Positions 46,698-55,719 of a DNA stretch of 58,241 nt are shown one piece after another; within the stretch, counting starts at the first letter, position 1; every line of letters begins with the position of its first letter. The notes beneath the pieces were generated by a model, which did no database searches, was not told the DNA's origin, and worked only from the letters and a program-made list of their open reading frames with translations. Origin of the DNA: Patescibacteria group bacterium (GTDB taxonomy: Bacteria > Patescibacteriota > Minisyncoccia > Phycocordibacterales > UBA9973). The stretch is from contig JAGWLB010000005.1 in the NCBI GenBank assembly GCA_028865035.1, positions 1 through 58,241 on the forward strand, given 5' to 3'. A program made the position numbers and the translations under genes.

Positions 46698-47240
46698 ATG
46701 AAAAACGCAATAATATTTCATGGAACAGGAAGTACTGGTAAATATTTTTGGTTCCCATATTTAAAAGAAAAACTTGAAAAGAAAGGTTTTGAAGTGTGGC
46801 TTCCAGATTTACCGAACAAGGATAATCCAAATATTAATGAATTAGTCCCTTTTGTTTTAAAAAATGGAAAATTTAATTCAGAAACTGTATTGATAGGTCA
46901 CTCTTCTGGGGCGCAATTAATTTTAAATATTTTAGAGAAAATTGATATTAAGATAGAGCAGGCAATACTAGTTTCAGGATACGCAGAATCTTTAGCTGAA
47001 AGTGCTAATTCAAATATAAAACCTGATCTTGATTGGAATAAAATTAAAGAAAATGTAGAAAATATTATTTTTATAAACTCTGATAATGATCCTTGGGGTT
47101 GGGATGATAAGCAGGGTAGAGCTATGTTTAATAAGCTAGGAGGAATTCAAATTATTATGCACAACGAAGGACATATGGGTTCAGTATCCTACAATCAACC
47201 CTACAAAGAATTTCCTTTATTGGTTGACCTTATTCATTAA
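46698..47240 (+). CDS. YdeN/RBBP9-type alpha/beta serine hydrolase
   Basis: IIFHG start, nucleophile elbow GHSSGA, and downstream D and H (NEGHM). Confidence 0.75.
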   Translation: MKNAIIFHGTGSTGKYFWFPYLKEKLEKKGFEVWLPDLPNKDNPNINELVPFVLKNGKFNSETVLIGHSSGAQLILNILEKIDIKIEQAILVSGYAESLAESANSNIKPDLDWNKIKENVENIIFINSDNDPWGWDDKQGRAMFNKLGGIQIIMHNEGHMGSVSYNQPYKEFPLLVDLIH

Positions 47241-47244
47241 AAAG

Positions 47245-47271
47245 GTTCCGATATAATCCCAGGTCGCCAGC
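47245..47271 (+). repeat. cassette-boundary motif GTTCCGATATAATCCCAGGTCGCCAGC
   Basis: See 45680-45710. Confidence 0.55.
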
Positions 47272-47285
47272 TCTGAGTGGCAAAT

Positions 47286-47319
47286 AAAAAAGTCACTAAT
47301 TATAAATTAGCGACTTTTT
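47286..47319. terminator. bidirectional hairpin between convergent genes
   Basis: AAAAAGTCACTAAT...ATTAGCGACTTTTT. Confidence 0.6.
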
Positions 47320-47323
47320 GATT

Positions 47324-47710
47324 TTAGTTTAGGGCTTTGAGTTCGGTAAGTTCTTTTTCAATTTTCATAATTGCATTTTGATAACCACTTTTTTCATTCT
47401 CGAATTCTTTTTCAATTGATTTTTTATAAATCTCAATTTCATGTTTCGTTGGTGGAAACAGTTTGTATGAAAAAAAGGATGAACCAGTGGAGCCAACAAG
47501 CATCCCAAAAAACAAACCGAAGATTCCAAATCCTACGAGGAAAATTTTTAATTCATGGACGGTAAAATATGGACTTCGTTCAAATTTGTAAAAAAGATAA
47601 ACCATTACTAATGAGAAAAGGCACATAATTGTTCCCATCTCTATTAATGAGATAATTTTACCTCTTTTACTCCTCCTAAAAATTTTCCATTGAAGGCTAT
47701 CATTTTTCAT
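47324..47710 (-). CDS. membrane protein (2-3 TM segments) with C-terminal coiled coil, function unknown
   Basis: Hydrophobic segments. Confidence 0.45.
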   Translation of the reverse strand: MKNDSLQWKIFRRSKRGKIISLIEMGTIMCLFSLVMVYLFYKFERSPYFTVHELKIFLVGFGIFGLFFGMLVGSTGSSFFSYKLFPPTKHEIEIYKKSIEKEFENEKSGYQNAIMKIEKELTELKALN

Positions 47711-47857
47711 AATTAATTAAATTTAAGGTTCAAGAATATTATATTTCTGTTATGTAATATCATTATTTATATGTTTTGTCAAAAATATTTTAGTGAATAA
47801 AAAAAGAGGTCCGGATAGAAATCCAACCCCTTATTAATAACCGCCTATGAAACAATT

Positions 47858-48196
47858 TTAAAGCCCAAGTAACTTTTTTTCTACTTGCGTAAGTTTTCTT
47901 AGAGCCCTGTCTTTTATTTTTAATGATTCTGTTTCTTCGTCAAATAGTGTTGCTGGTTTGCAGTTATCCATCACAAAACTAATTTCCCCATCAGTTAATA
48001 CCGGTTTTTTAGCTGTTTTAATATAATTTTCATCAGTTTGTTGTCCAGCAAAGGCGACAGCGATTGTGTCGTCTTTGAAAAAACCAATTGAAGAAGAATA
48101 TATACCGCCATAATCTACTCTATAGACTTCAGTCATTTCTATTATTTTAAATGAACTTAAGTCTTTACCTATAAGTATCGAAATATCATTTTCCAT
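47858..48196 (-). CDS. hypothetical protein
   Basis: 112-aa ORF. TAAAAT lies 8 nt upstream of the ATG. Confidence 0.45.
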   Translation of the reverse strand: MENDISILIGKDLSSFKIIEMTEVYRVDYGGIYSSSIGFFKDDTIAVAFAGQQTDENYIKTAKKPVLTDGEISFVMDNCKPATLFDEETESLKIKDRALRKLTQVEKKLLGL

Positions 48197-48266
48197 TTTA
48201 ATTTATTTTAGCTGAAAAATATTGTTTAACTAAACATTACCACCTCCTCTATATTTGTCAATAACT

Positions 48267-48293
48267 GTTCCAATGTCGTACTAGGTCGTCAGC
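48267..48293 (+). repeat. cassette-boundary motif GTTCCAATGTCGTACTAGGTCGTCAGC
   Basis: See 45680-45710. Confidence 0.55.
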
Positions 48294-48320
48294 TACTAAT
48301 CTTTGGCTTTATAGATTATA

Positions 48321-48638
48321 ATGATTTTAATTATGGCTAAACATTTAATTGCCGGAGGGGTGGCACATGAGTTGCCAGAAGATTTGCGAAAAGCTTTGAC
48401 AGCTGATCGTAAAGCTTTAACCGCATGGGAAGATATCACACCACTTGCTCGCAATGAGTGGATTTGCTGGACTATCTCAGTTAAGACTCCAGAAACTAGG
48501 AAAGAGCATATTGCTAGAGTTGTTTCGGAACTCAAAGAGGGGATTCGTAGACCATGTTGCTGGATGGGTTGCGTTCATCGCACCGATAAAAAATTAAGCC
48601 CTTCACAGAAATTCATACTTAAAAAACAGAAATGCTAG
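48321..48638 (+). CDS. YdeI/OmpD-associated family protein
   Basis: ALTAWEDITPLARNEWICWTISVKTPETRKEHIARVVSELKEG. Confidence 0.7.
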   Translation: MILIMAKHLIAGGVAHELPEDLRKALTADRKALTAWEDITPLARNEWICWTISVKTPETRKEHIARVVSELKEGIRRPCCWMGCVHRTDKKLSPSQKFILKKQKC

Positions 48639-48663
48639 GATACTTTATGTAAAGTGTCCTAGC
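48634..48663. terminator. bidirectional hairpin overlapping the stop codon
   Basis: GCTAGGATACTTT-atgt-AAAGTGTCCTAGC. Confidence 0.6.
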
Positions 48664-48673
48664 ATTTAATTGG

Positions 48674-48991
48674 TTACGATATTACATCGTAGCATTCTTT
48701 TAGTTCATCTAATAGTTTAAGCATATGGTACAGACCACGTTGCTCGTCAGTGGGAGGTATACCATGTTGCAGATATAATTCCCTAAGTTTATCCAGATGT
48801 TTAAAAATTTTTTCTTTTTTGCCGTACTTAATAGCTTCAATAAGGCTTTCCTCTGTAAACCTTATTTCGGGCTGAGTGCCGTAAACATAGTCGTGTATTG
48901 ATATAGAACGACTTCCACTCAATAAATTCTCTACAGCTTCAATAAAAACACCGAAATGACTTTTGTTTAAAAATAACAATACATTTTTCAT
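48674..48991 (-). CDS. hypothetical protein
   Basis: 105-aa ORF with no recognisable motif. Confidence 0.4.
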   Translation of the reverse strand: MKNVLLFLNKSHFGVFIEAVENLLSGSRSISIHDYVYGTQPEIRFTEESLIEAIKYGKKEKIFKHLDKLRELYLQHGIPPTDEQRGLYHMLKLLDELKECYDVIS

Positions 48992-49125
48992 AATACAAAT
49001 TTTCTTTTTATATTACGTTAAATTGACATTTTGTCAACAAATTATTCCAAACATTTTTATGATTAAAATAGTGATTTCAACTTTACCTTATACTATCACT
49101 AGATAAATTCTGTTATACTCTCCAT

Positions 49126-50217
49126 ATGACTTTCCTCGAACCAGCTAGTAAATTCTATTCTCGCTTTGAGCGACCGATATCATCGTTGTCATTACTTTCG
49201 GGTTTCATATTTGATGCACTTACACTCAAACGAGTAGATACACTCTGGGAGAATTTCTGGATATTGATACATCTTCTCATTATTTGCGTGTTTATAATCT
49301 TAATTCACGCGAATGAAAGTGGAGAAGGAGATGAAAAAAACCCGTCCAAGGCACACTTCTGGTATGTGAATATATTACAATTCTTTTTTGGTGGCATCCT
49401 TTCTGCGTTTTTGGTTTTTTATTTCCGTAGTGCTGACATCTTGGTGACTTGGCCGTTCATCTTGCTTCTTATTGCAGCTTTTGTGGCCAATGAGTCACTC
49501 AAGCGTCATTATGTAAGATTAAGTTTTCAGATTAGTCTCTTTTTCCTCTCAGTTTATTCTTTTGCTATATTTTTTATCCCGGTTATATTACACCAAATAG
49601 GTACATATATATTTCTGCTATCTGGTTTGGTAAGTCTTGTTTTTATCAGTATCTTTGTGAGCGTGCTGTTCTACTTTCTAAAAGATCGCTTTACAGAGAG
49701 TAAAAGATTAGTTGTCTTTCTTGTGCTTGGTATCTTTGCTACAGTGAACATACTTTATTTCACAAATCTTATTCCGCCTATTCCACTATCACTCAAAAGT
49801 GGGGGAATATATCATTCTGTACAAAAGAATGATACTGGAAACTACGATGTCACTTCTGAACCACGGAGTTGGCGTGACTATCTTAATATTTATCAAGACT
49901 TCACTCAGACGCCAACAGATCCAGTGTATGCATTCAGTGCTGTGTTCTCACCTAGAGATTTAAATATTACTATTGTTCACGAGTGGCAACATTACGATGA
50001 AGTAAAGAAGAAGTGGCTGACTAATGCTACTATACGTCTACCGGTGGTAGGCGGGCGCGATGGAGGCTTCCGTACGTATTCTATGCTTACCAATCTCACT
50101 CCTGGTAAGTGGCGGGTGAATATAAAGACTACAGAAAATAAAGTTATCGGACGCTTACGGTTTCGTATTGTTGATTCTAACACCCTGCCTGCTCTTGTGG
50201 ATGAGATAGTGAAATAG
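49126..50217 (+). CDS. polytopic membrane protein with C-terminal DUF2914-like beta domain
   Basis: About 7 TM segments, then WQHYDE...GGFRTYS...GKWRVNI. TATACT lies 6 nt upstream of the ATG. Confidence 0.6.
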   Translation: MTFLEPASKFYSRFERPISSLSLLSGFIFDALTLKRVDTLWENFWILIHLLIICVFIILIHANESGEGDEKNPSKAHFWYVNILQFFFGGILSAFLVFYFRSADILVTWPFILLLIAAFVANESLKRHYVRLSFQISLFFLSVYSFAIFFIPVILHQIGTYIFLLSGLVSLVFISIFVSVLFYFLKDRFTESKRLVVFLVLGIFATVNILYFTNLIPPIPLSLKSGGIYHSVQKNDTGNYDVTSEPRSWRDYLNIYQDFTQTPTDPVYAFSAVFSPRDLNITIVHEWQHYDEVKKKWLTNATIRLPVVGGRDGGFRTYSMLTNLTPGKWRVNIKTTENKVIGRLRFRIVDSNTLPALVDEIVK

Positions 50218-50244
50218 CAACTGAAAGTTACCTGAAAATAAAAA

Positions 50245-50267
50245 ACCACTTCGATAAATGAAGTGGT
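50245..50267. terminator. bidirectional hairpin
   Basis: CCACTTC...GAAGTGG, flanked by A and T runs. Confidence 0.55.
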
Positions 50268-50287
50268 GATTTTTTAATAAATTAATT

Positions 50288-50737
50288 TTAGTAATACTGT
50301 AACTCTTTGATCTCAAGCCCAAATTTTTTAAGCTTTTTAATGTTTTCTTCTGAGTACAAGAATTTAAGAAAGGTTTCTTTGATTTCTTCATTTTTAAAAG
50401 AATCTAATCTGAATTTTTCAGATACAACTAAAACAATCTGATGAAGAAAAGAATGTTCTTCAGGGGTGGCAATATCATAAAGCATACAGAATAGAGGATT
50501 AGATTTGAACTGATTATCATGAACGAAGAAGCAAATACTTTTATTATCCTTAAAAAGTTTTATCATCTGGTCCATAATAATTGAGTCTATCCTTCCTCGA
50601 CGCGTTGCTTCCTCATCGTATTCACATTTGCGGATATGTTCTGAAAGATAAAATGAAATACCTTTAGTATCTCTGTCTACTTCCATCTTCCATAGGAACA
50701 AGAAGTTTCCTTTTTGTAATGGGGATATTTTTTCCAT
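50288..50737 (-). CDS. hypothetical protein
   Basis: 149-aa ORF. Confidence 0.4.
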   Translation of the reverse strand: MEKISPLQKGNFLFLWKMEVDRDTKGISFYLSEHIRKCEYDEEATRRGRIDSIIMDQMIKLFKDNKSICFFVHDNQFKSNPLFCMLYDIATPEEHSFLHQIVLVVSEKFRLDSFKNEEIKETFLKFLYSEENIKKLKKFGLEIKELQYY

Positions 50738-50892
50738 TTTTTAAAATTTTAGATTTATGTTTTTCTTTACATTATAATTTTTACCTTACTGTGTCAACTT
50801 ATTTAAATAAGTTGTTTTTAAAACCTTTACAGAATCTCATTTTTAGTGTATAAAATATTTAAACATTTTTTCACAATCTAAATTCTTTAAAG

Positions 50893-51312
50893 ATGAGTTT
50901 ACCAAGCACATTACCCCCAACAGAAAAAACCTGGAAAGAAATAGTTCTGGCTCGCAATAATAAATCAGCCATACTAGCAAAATTATTGTCAGATAATGGC
51001 GTAAGGCACGGCCAGATGATTTTTGTAAATTTGAAAAATATCCGTATCAAAGTTAGCAATAGAACTAACAACAAACCCAAAATTTATTTCCGTAAGCAGA
51101 CTCAACTTGAGGTTGTTAGGAGAATTAATGCAGGGGATGATAAGATGTTGCCATGCATTGCTTCACTGCCTAATGGTTTGTTCTCAAACGCAAATTTACG
51201 GTCAGGTTCGTGTGATTTGATTGGGTTAAAAATTTACTCAAATAACACTATTCAAATCATCCAAATTGAAAACACAGAGTTGTTGATGCAACCCCAAACC
51301 AATTACAATTAA
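50893..51312 (+). CDS. hypothetical protein
   Basis: 139-aa ORF followed by a hairpin at 51333-51359. Confidence 0.4.
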   Translation: MSLPSTLPPTEKTWKEIVLARNNKSAILAKLLSDNGVRHGQMIFVNLKNIRIKVSNRTNNKPKIYFRKQTQLEVVRRINAGDDKMLPCIASLPNGLFSNANLRSGSCDLIGLKIYSNNTIQIIQIENTELLMQPQTNYN

Positions 51313-51407
51313 TTGGCAAACACCTTCATTTTAAAGCCGCTGTACAATACAGTGGCTTTTATTTTAAGATGTTTTTCATGTATTTATGCGCATTTTTCAT
51401 ATTGGTG

Positions 51408-51413
51408 TATAAT
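51408..51413 (+). promoter_or_regulatory. -10 box TATAAT, 6 nt upstream of the ATG at 51420
   Basis: Read directly. Confidence 0.45.
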
Positions 51414-51419
51414 GTACAT

Positions 51420-52169
51420 ATGAAATCCTCCAGAATCATATTAATAATCGTTATTATTGTCGGGGTTGTGCTAATCCTTACACGTAATGCGTGGATGCCA
51501 AAATTAGTAAATAAAACTAATAAAAACAATATTACAAACACCCAAACTGCTAATTACGGTCCGATAACCATTACAACTAAGAAGATAAATGAAGCAAATT
51601 TCACTGGTGTTACGACTACCATCACAGGATCAAGTCAAATTGCTATCGATATGCAAAAGTACATAGATGACACTATTAATGATTTCAGGAATCAAGCGAA
51701 TAATGAGGTTCCAGATATGCGAGCACAATTCGGAGCAAATAATCCTACATCAAACTATGAAATTGATATTAATTCAAAATATATAAAAGATGAAAAAACC
51801 GAGTCTCTAGTGACTAGTGTTTATACTTTCACTGGCGGAGCTCATGGTAGCACTATATATAAAGTTTTAACCGCGGATCTTAACACAGGGAAAATTTTAT
51901 CGCTTTCTGATGTTATCAAGCCAGATATGCAAAGTGCTTTTACATCATTAGTTAAGAAAGATTTGATTGATTGGAGACCAGAGGGTAGTGACGCCCCTGT
52001 AGTTTTCCCTGATAGTGTGAATAGTTTAACTTTTGATGATTTTAGTAATTGGTCTATGAATAGCAAAGATTTAATTATTTATTTTGATCAATACTCTATT
52101 GGTCCAAGTGTTATAGGCACTACAGAATTCCCTATACCTATTACAGATTTAAAAGGTTTCTTTAAATAA
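51420..52169 (+). CDS. membrane-anchored DUF3298/DUF4163-like (RsiV/PdaC C-terminal type) protein
   Basis: N-terminal TM helix, FTGGAHG motif, and LIIYFDQYSIGP. Confidence 0.6.
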   Translation: MKSSRIILIIVIIVGVVLILTRNAWMPKLVNKTNKNNITNTQTANYGPITITTKKINEANFTGVTTTITGSSQIAIDMQKYIDDTINDFRNQANNEVPDMRAQFGANNPTSNYEIDINSKYIKDEKTESLVTSVYTFTGGAHGSTIYKVLTADLNTGKILSLSDVIKPDMQSAFTSLVKKDLIDWRPEGSDAPVVFPDSVNSLTFDDFSNWSMNSKDLIIYFDQYSIGPSVIGTTEFPIPITDLKGFFK

Positions 52170-52198
52170 ATTCAGTTTATTTTTAGAAATATTTGATA

Positions 52199-52204
52199 TA
52201 TAAT
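52199..52204 (+). promoter_or_regulatory. -10 box TATAAT, 6 nt upstream of the ATG at 52211
   Basis: Read directly. Confidence 0.45.
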
Positions 52205-52210
52205 TACAAA

Positions 52211-52750
52211 ATGAAAAAAGGATTTACTCTGATCGAATTGCTCGTTGTGATAGCAATCATCTCCATACTTTCATCTATAATTATTAGTAGTCTAAGATCT
52301 GCTAGAGAAAGAGCCTATTATGCGAACGCCCTTCAAGAACTGAATTCATATCGTACAGCGCTCGAGTTTTATGCATCTGATAATAATGGTAATTATCCAC
52401 CAGATGTTTCAAGAGGAACACCTTCTGGTTTAGAGAAATATCTTGCTGGTGGGGCACTGCCGACAGTGGGGCCTTGGCCAGGAAGTGTATTTGACTGGGA
52501 TAACTGGCAAAATGATTCAGGGGTAAATAATACAGAACCCACGTATCAAATCAGTATACGTTTCTGCCCGTATGGAGGAACTTTATCTCAATGTAATTTC
52601 CCCGATGAACCTTGGGCAAGTTGCTTTAATGTTGATAGTTCTGTTTATTATTGTATTTCCGGTAATTGTAGAGCACAGCAAAGTCAGCCTACGACTTATC
52701 CTGGGTATTGTGTGAATTGTACTACTCAACCATCACCACCGTGTCCATAA
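52211..52750 (+). CDS. type IV pilin-like protein with Cys-rich C-terminus
   Basis: KKGFTLIELLVVIAIISILSSIII. Confidence 0.75.
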   Translation: MKKGFTLIELLVVIAIISILSSIIISSLRSARERAYYANALQELNSYRTALEFYASDNNGNYPPDVSRGTPSGLEKYLAGGALPTVGPWPGSVFDWDNWQNDSGVNNTEPTYQISIRFCPYGGTLSQCNFPDEPWASCFNVDSSVYYCISGNCRAQQSQPTTYPGYCVNCTTQPSPPCP

Positions 52751-52755
52751 TCGTA

Positions 52756-53799
52756 TTATACGGTAGGGTCTGGTATTTCTTTGTAAACAGATTCAATCTC
52801 ATTTAAAACTTCATCGGATAGTACTAAGTCCGCAGATTTAATATCTGAAGATAGTTGTTCGATAGTTGTCGCTCCTATTATGACACTTGTGTTAAATGGC
52901 CGACTTAATACGAACGCTAGCGCCATCTGAGATGGATCTAAATTATATTTTTTAGCAATTTCTACATAGCGAGCTATCGCTACTTGAGCATGCTCTGGAT
53001 TATATCTCTCACTGTTGCGTTTTGTCACAGTAAATCGTGCTTTTTCTGGTTTGGCTCCACCAAGATATTTACCACTAAGCACGCCCATAGAAAGTGGAGA
53101 GTAGGGCAGAAACCCTATATGCTCATTGGTAACTATTTCAGCAAGGCCTATTTCGAAAGTTCTATTCAATAGTGAATACTGATTCTGTATAGTAACTATC
53201 CGAGGATAACCCTTTTCTTTTGCTATGCGTAAATATTCAGAAACTCCCCAAGGGGTTTCATTTGAGACTCCTATGTATCGAACTTTTCCTTCCTTTACTA
53301 ATTCATTCAAAGCTTCTAGAGTTTCTTCAATTTTAGTTGATTCATCTTTTTCGTAATATTTATAACCACGAATACCAAAGAAATTTGTCTTCCTTTCTGG
53401 CCAATGTATTTGATATATGTCTATGTAATCGGTTTTTAATCTAGATAGCGAACCATCTATTGCCTCTCTGATACTTTTGCGATCATAGTGAGGTATTGTG
53501 CCAGTATCTCTTGTGGTGATGTCAGTAGAGACGCAAACTTTAGTAGCTAGAATTATCTTTTTTCGATTACCAGTTTTCTCAAGCCAGCTACCTATATATC
53601 TCTCTGTTGTTCCTTGTTTGGCAGGATCAACAGGTATAGGATAAACCTCTGCCGTATCTATAAAATTAATACCTTGAGATAATGCATAATCTAGTTGTCT
53701 ATGTGCATCTTCCTCAGTGTTTTGTTGTCCCCAGTTCATAGAACCTAAGCATATTTCTGAAACTTCTAAATCTGTATTTGGAATTTTTTTATATTTCAT
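52756..53799 (-). CDS. NADP-dependent aldo/keto reductase (Tas-like)
   Basis: LGSMNWG, DTAEVYP, IHWP and GVSNETPWG motifs. Confidence 0.9.
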   Translation of the reverse strand: MKYKKIPNTDLEVSEICLGSMNWGQQNTEEDAHRQLDYALSQGINFIDTAEVYPIPVDPAKQGTTERYIGSWLEKTGNRKKIILATKVCVSTDITTRDTGTIPHYDRKSIREAIDGSLSRLKTDYIDIYQIHWPERKTNFFGIRGYKYYEKDESTKIEETLEALNELVKEGKVRYIGVSNETPWGVSEYLRIAKEKGYPRIVTIQNQYSLLNRTFEIGLAEIVTNEHIGFLPYSPLSMGVLSGKYLGGAKPEKARFTVTKRNSERYNPEHAQVAIARYVEIAKKYNLDPSQMALAFVLSRPFNTSVIIGATTIEQLSSDIKSADLVLSDEVLNEIESVYKEIPDPTV

Positions 53800-53805
53800 T
53801 TTCAG

Positions 53806-53811
53806 ATTATA
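53806..53811 (-). promoter_or_regulatory. -10 box TATAAT, 6 nt upstream of the reductase ATG
   Basis: Read on the minus strand. Confidence 0.45.
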
Positions 53812-53878
53812 CCAATAATTTCATTTTATTCTAAATATACATTTTGTATTATCAAGAATTTTTAGTAGAATAGTATAT

Positions 53879-54418
53879 ATGATGGATAAGTTAAAATTTG
53901 CATTACTTTCAATTGTTGTTTTATTTGTATTAGGTCTTATTGGTTACTGGGCTGTGGCAACTTTACAAACTGGTACCGAATTTAAAACTAATCAGCAAGT
54001 AGATCAATTACAAAAAGAAAACGAAGATTTAAAAAAGCAAGTAGCTGATCTTACAGATCAACTAAGTTCCTCTCAAGCTAAAACAGACAGTACTGCTATT
54101 GCTGTATCACAAAATTCAACTTCTACCACGACTACTCCAACAACTACATCAAAATACCAAAGTCTTATAGATCAGCTGCAGAAGCTTATCGATAGCAACG
54201 TTTCTATGAAGTTAAAATCTACTGGTAGTAGAGTAGGTACAGTTCAAAACTTTTTAAATATCTATAATAATACTTCATCTAAAGTAGATAATGACTATGG
54301 TGCAAGCACTCAAAAAGCAGTAATGGCATTTCAGAAAGACCAAGGTTTAAGCGCCGATGGGCAAGCCGGAAGTAGTACTTTTGCCAAGATGATTAGCTGG
54401 CTTAAAAAACAAGGATAA
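53879..54418 (+). CDS. membrane-anchored coiled-coil protein with C-terminal peptidoglycan-binding domain
   Basis: TM helix, coiled coil, then VQNFL...DNDYGASTQKAVMAFQKDQGLSADGQAGSSTF. Confidence 0.65.
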   Translation: MMDKLKFALLSIVVLFVLGLIGYWAVATLQTGTEFKTNQQVDQLQKENEDLKKQVADLTDQLSSSQAKTDSTAIAVSQNSTSTTTTPTTTSKYQSLIDQLQKLIDSNVSMKLKSTGSRVGTVQNFLNIYNNTSSKVDNDYGASTQKAVMAFQKDQGLSADGQAGSSTFAKMISWLKKQG

Positions 54419-54496
54419 AATAAGTACTTATTTTTGAACCAAATCGATGTTTTGATACGTATATAATTAGTGAGTCAAAATTTGGCTTTATTAATT

Positions 54497-54943
54497 ATGA
54501 AAAATAAAACAAAAAAATATTTAACTGGTGCACTAATGATTATGTTCTTTGGTGTGTATTTGTATAATCAACATATGTCAGATAGTAAACAAGCTACAGT
54601 ATCTAGTAACTTATTATCTACAGCAGAAAAAGTAAAATTATTAACTAAACCATTAGCTGGTTATAGAAATGGAACATATGTCGGCTCCAATGTAGATGCA
54701 TATTATGGTAATGTACAAGTTCAAGCGACCATAACAAATGGACGTCTGACAGATGTATCTTTTCTGAATTATCCTCAAGACCGCAATGCATCTCTCCGAA
54801 GAAGTGATTACGCAATGCCAATCTTAAAATCAGAAGCCATAGCAGCTCAAACTGCAAATGTTAACACTGTTTCAAGTGCGACATCAACTAGTGAAGCATT
54901 TATAAGTTCTCTTGCATCTGCACTCTCTAAAGCAAGTGCATAG
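54497..54943 (+). CDS. FMN-binding domain protein (start uncertain: GTG 54470 or ATG 54497)
   Basis: N-terminal TM helix. VNTVSSATSTSEAFISSL is typical of FMN_bind domains. Confidence 0.6.
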   Translation: MKNKTKKYLTGALMIMFFGVYLYNQHMSDSKQATVSSNLLSTAEKVKLLTKPLAGYRNGTYVGSNVDAYYGNVQVQATITNGRLTDVSFLNYPQDRNASLRRSDYAMPILKSEAIAAQTANVNTVSSATSTSEAFISSLASALSKASA

Positions 54944-55001
54944 TATTAAATATTATAGATCACTCTAGGAATTATATTTTGTTATGCTATTATATTAGTA
55001 G

Positions 55002-55715
55002 ATGTTTAACGGAATATTTACGAATGTTACTGAAAGTGACAAAAATACCGCTATAGAAGGGATTATTCAGCATGCAACACCTAGGCATGACTTCTTTGTA
55101 ATGCTTACTTTGTCAGTGGCTATGGCCTCGTTCGGTCTTTTACTAAATAATATTACTATTGTTGTGGGTAGTATGCTTATCGCTCCTTTGTTATATCCAC
55201 TACTCTCACTTTCTTTGGGAATTATTACTGCTGATATTGATCTTATCAGTCGTTCTATTTTTACTATTTTTAAATCTATGGTTTTTGCTATTGCAACTGG
55301 TTTTGCTATTGGTTTACTTTTTTCATCTCATCATATTATATTTAACCCTCCATTTGTTAATACTATAAATATGCAATCACCATTAATGTATGCACTAGTC
55401 GCTGCTATCGCTGGATTTGCTGCTGCTTTTGCTATTATTAAACCTCGTCTAAGTGATACTCTGCCTGGTGTTGCTATATCTGTAGCTCTTGTTCCTCCTC
55501 TGTCGGTAGCAGGATTAGCTATATCATCATTTAATTGGGCAGTTTTTAGTAATGCTTTCTTGTTGTTTTTAGTAAACGTTGTCGGTATTGTATTTTCTGC
55601 AATGATAGTTTTTGCTCTTTTTAGATTTTCTATTAAAAAAGTTGTAACTCAGGAGATTGTTAAACACGAAGATAAAATTGTAAAAAAAGAAGAGAATAAA
55701 ATATCAAAGGTTTAA
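55002..55715 (+). CDS. DUF389-family integral membrane protein
   Basis: Repeated hydrophobic helices with SMLIAPLLYP and AISVALVPPL. Confidence 0.65.
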   Translation: MFNGIFTNVTESDKNTAIEGIIQHATPRHDFFVMLTLSVAMASFGLLLNNITIVVGSMLIAPLLYPLLSLSLGIITADIDLISRSIFTIFKSMVFAIATGFAIGLLFSSHHIIFNPPFVNTINMQSPLMYALVAAIAGFAAAFAIIKPRLSDTLPGVAISVALVPPLSVAGLAISSFNWAVFSNAFLLFLVNVVGIVFSAMIVFALFRFSIKKVVTQEIVKHEDKIVKKEENKISKV

Positions 55716-55719
55716 ATAT

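Noticed and set aside
45680-48293. Classical integron attC sites
   Set aside because: The motif starts GTTCC rather than the GTTRRRY core. I could not see the imperfect inverted-repeat R''/L''-L'/R' organisation, and there is no intI gene or attI in the window. The comparison with integrons is by analogy only.
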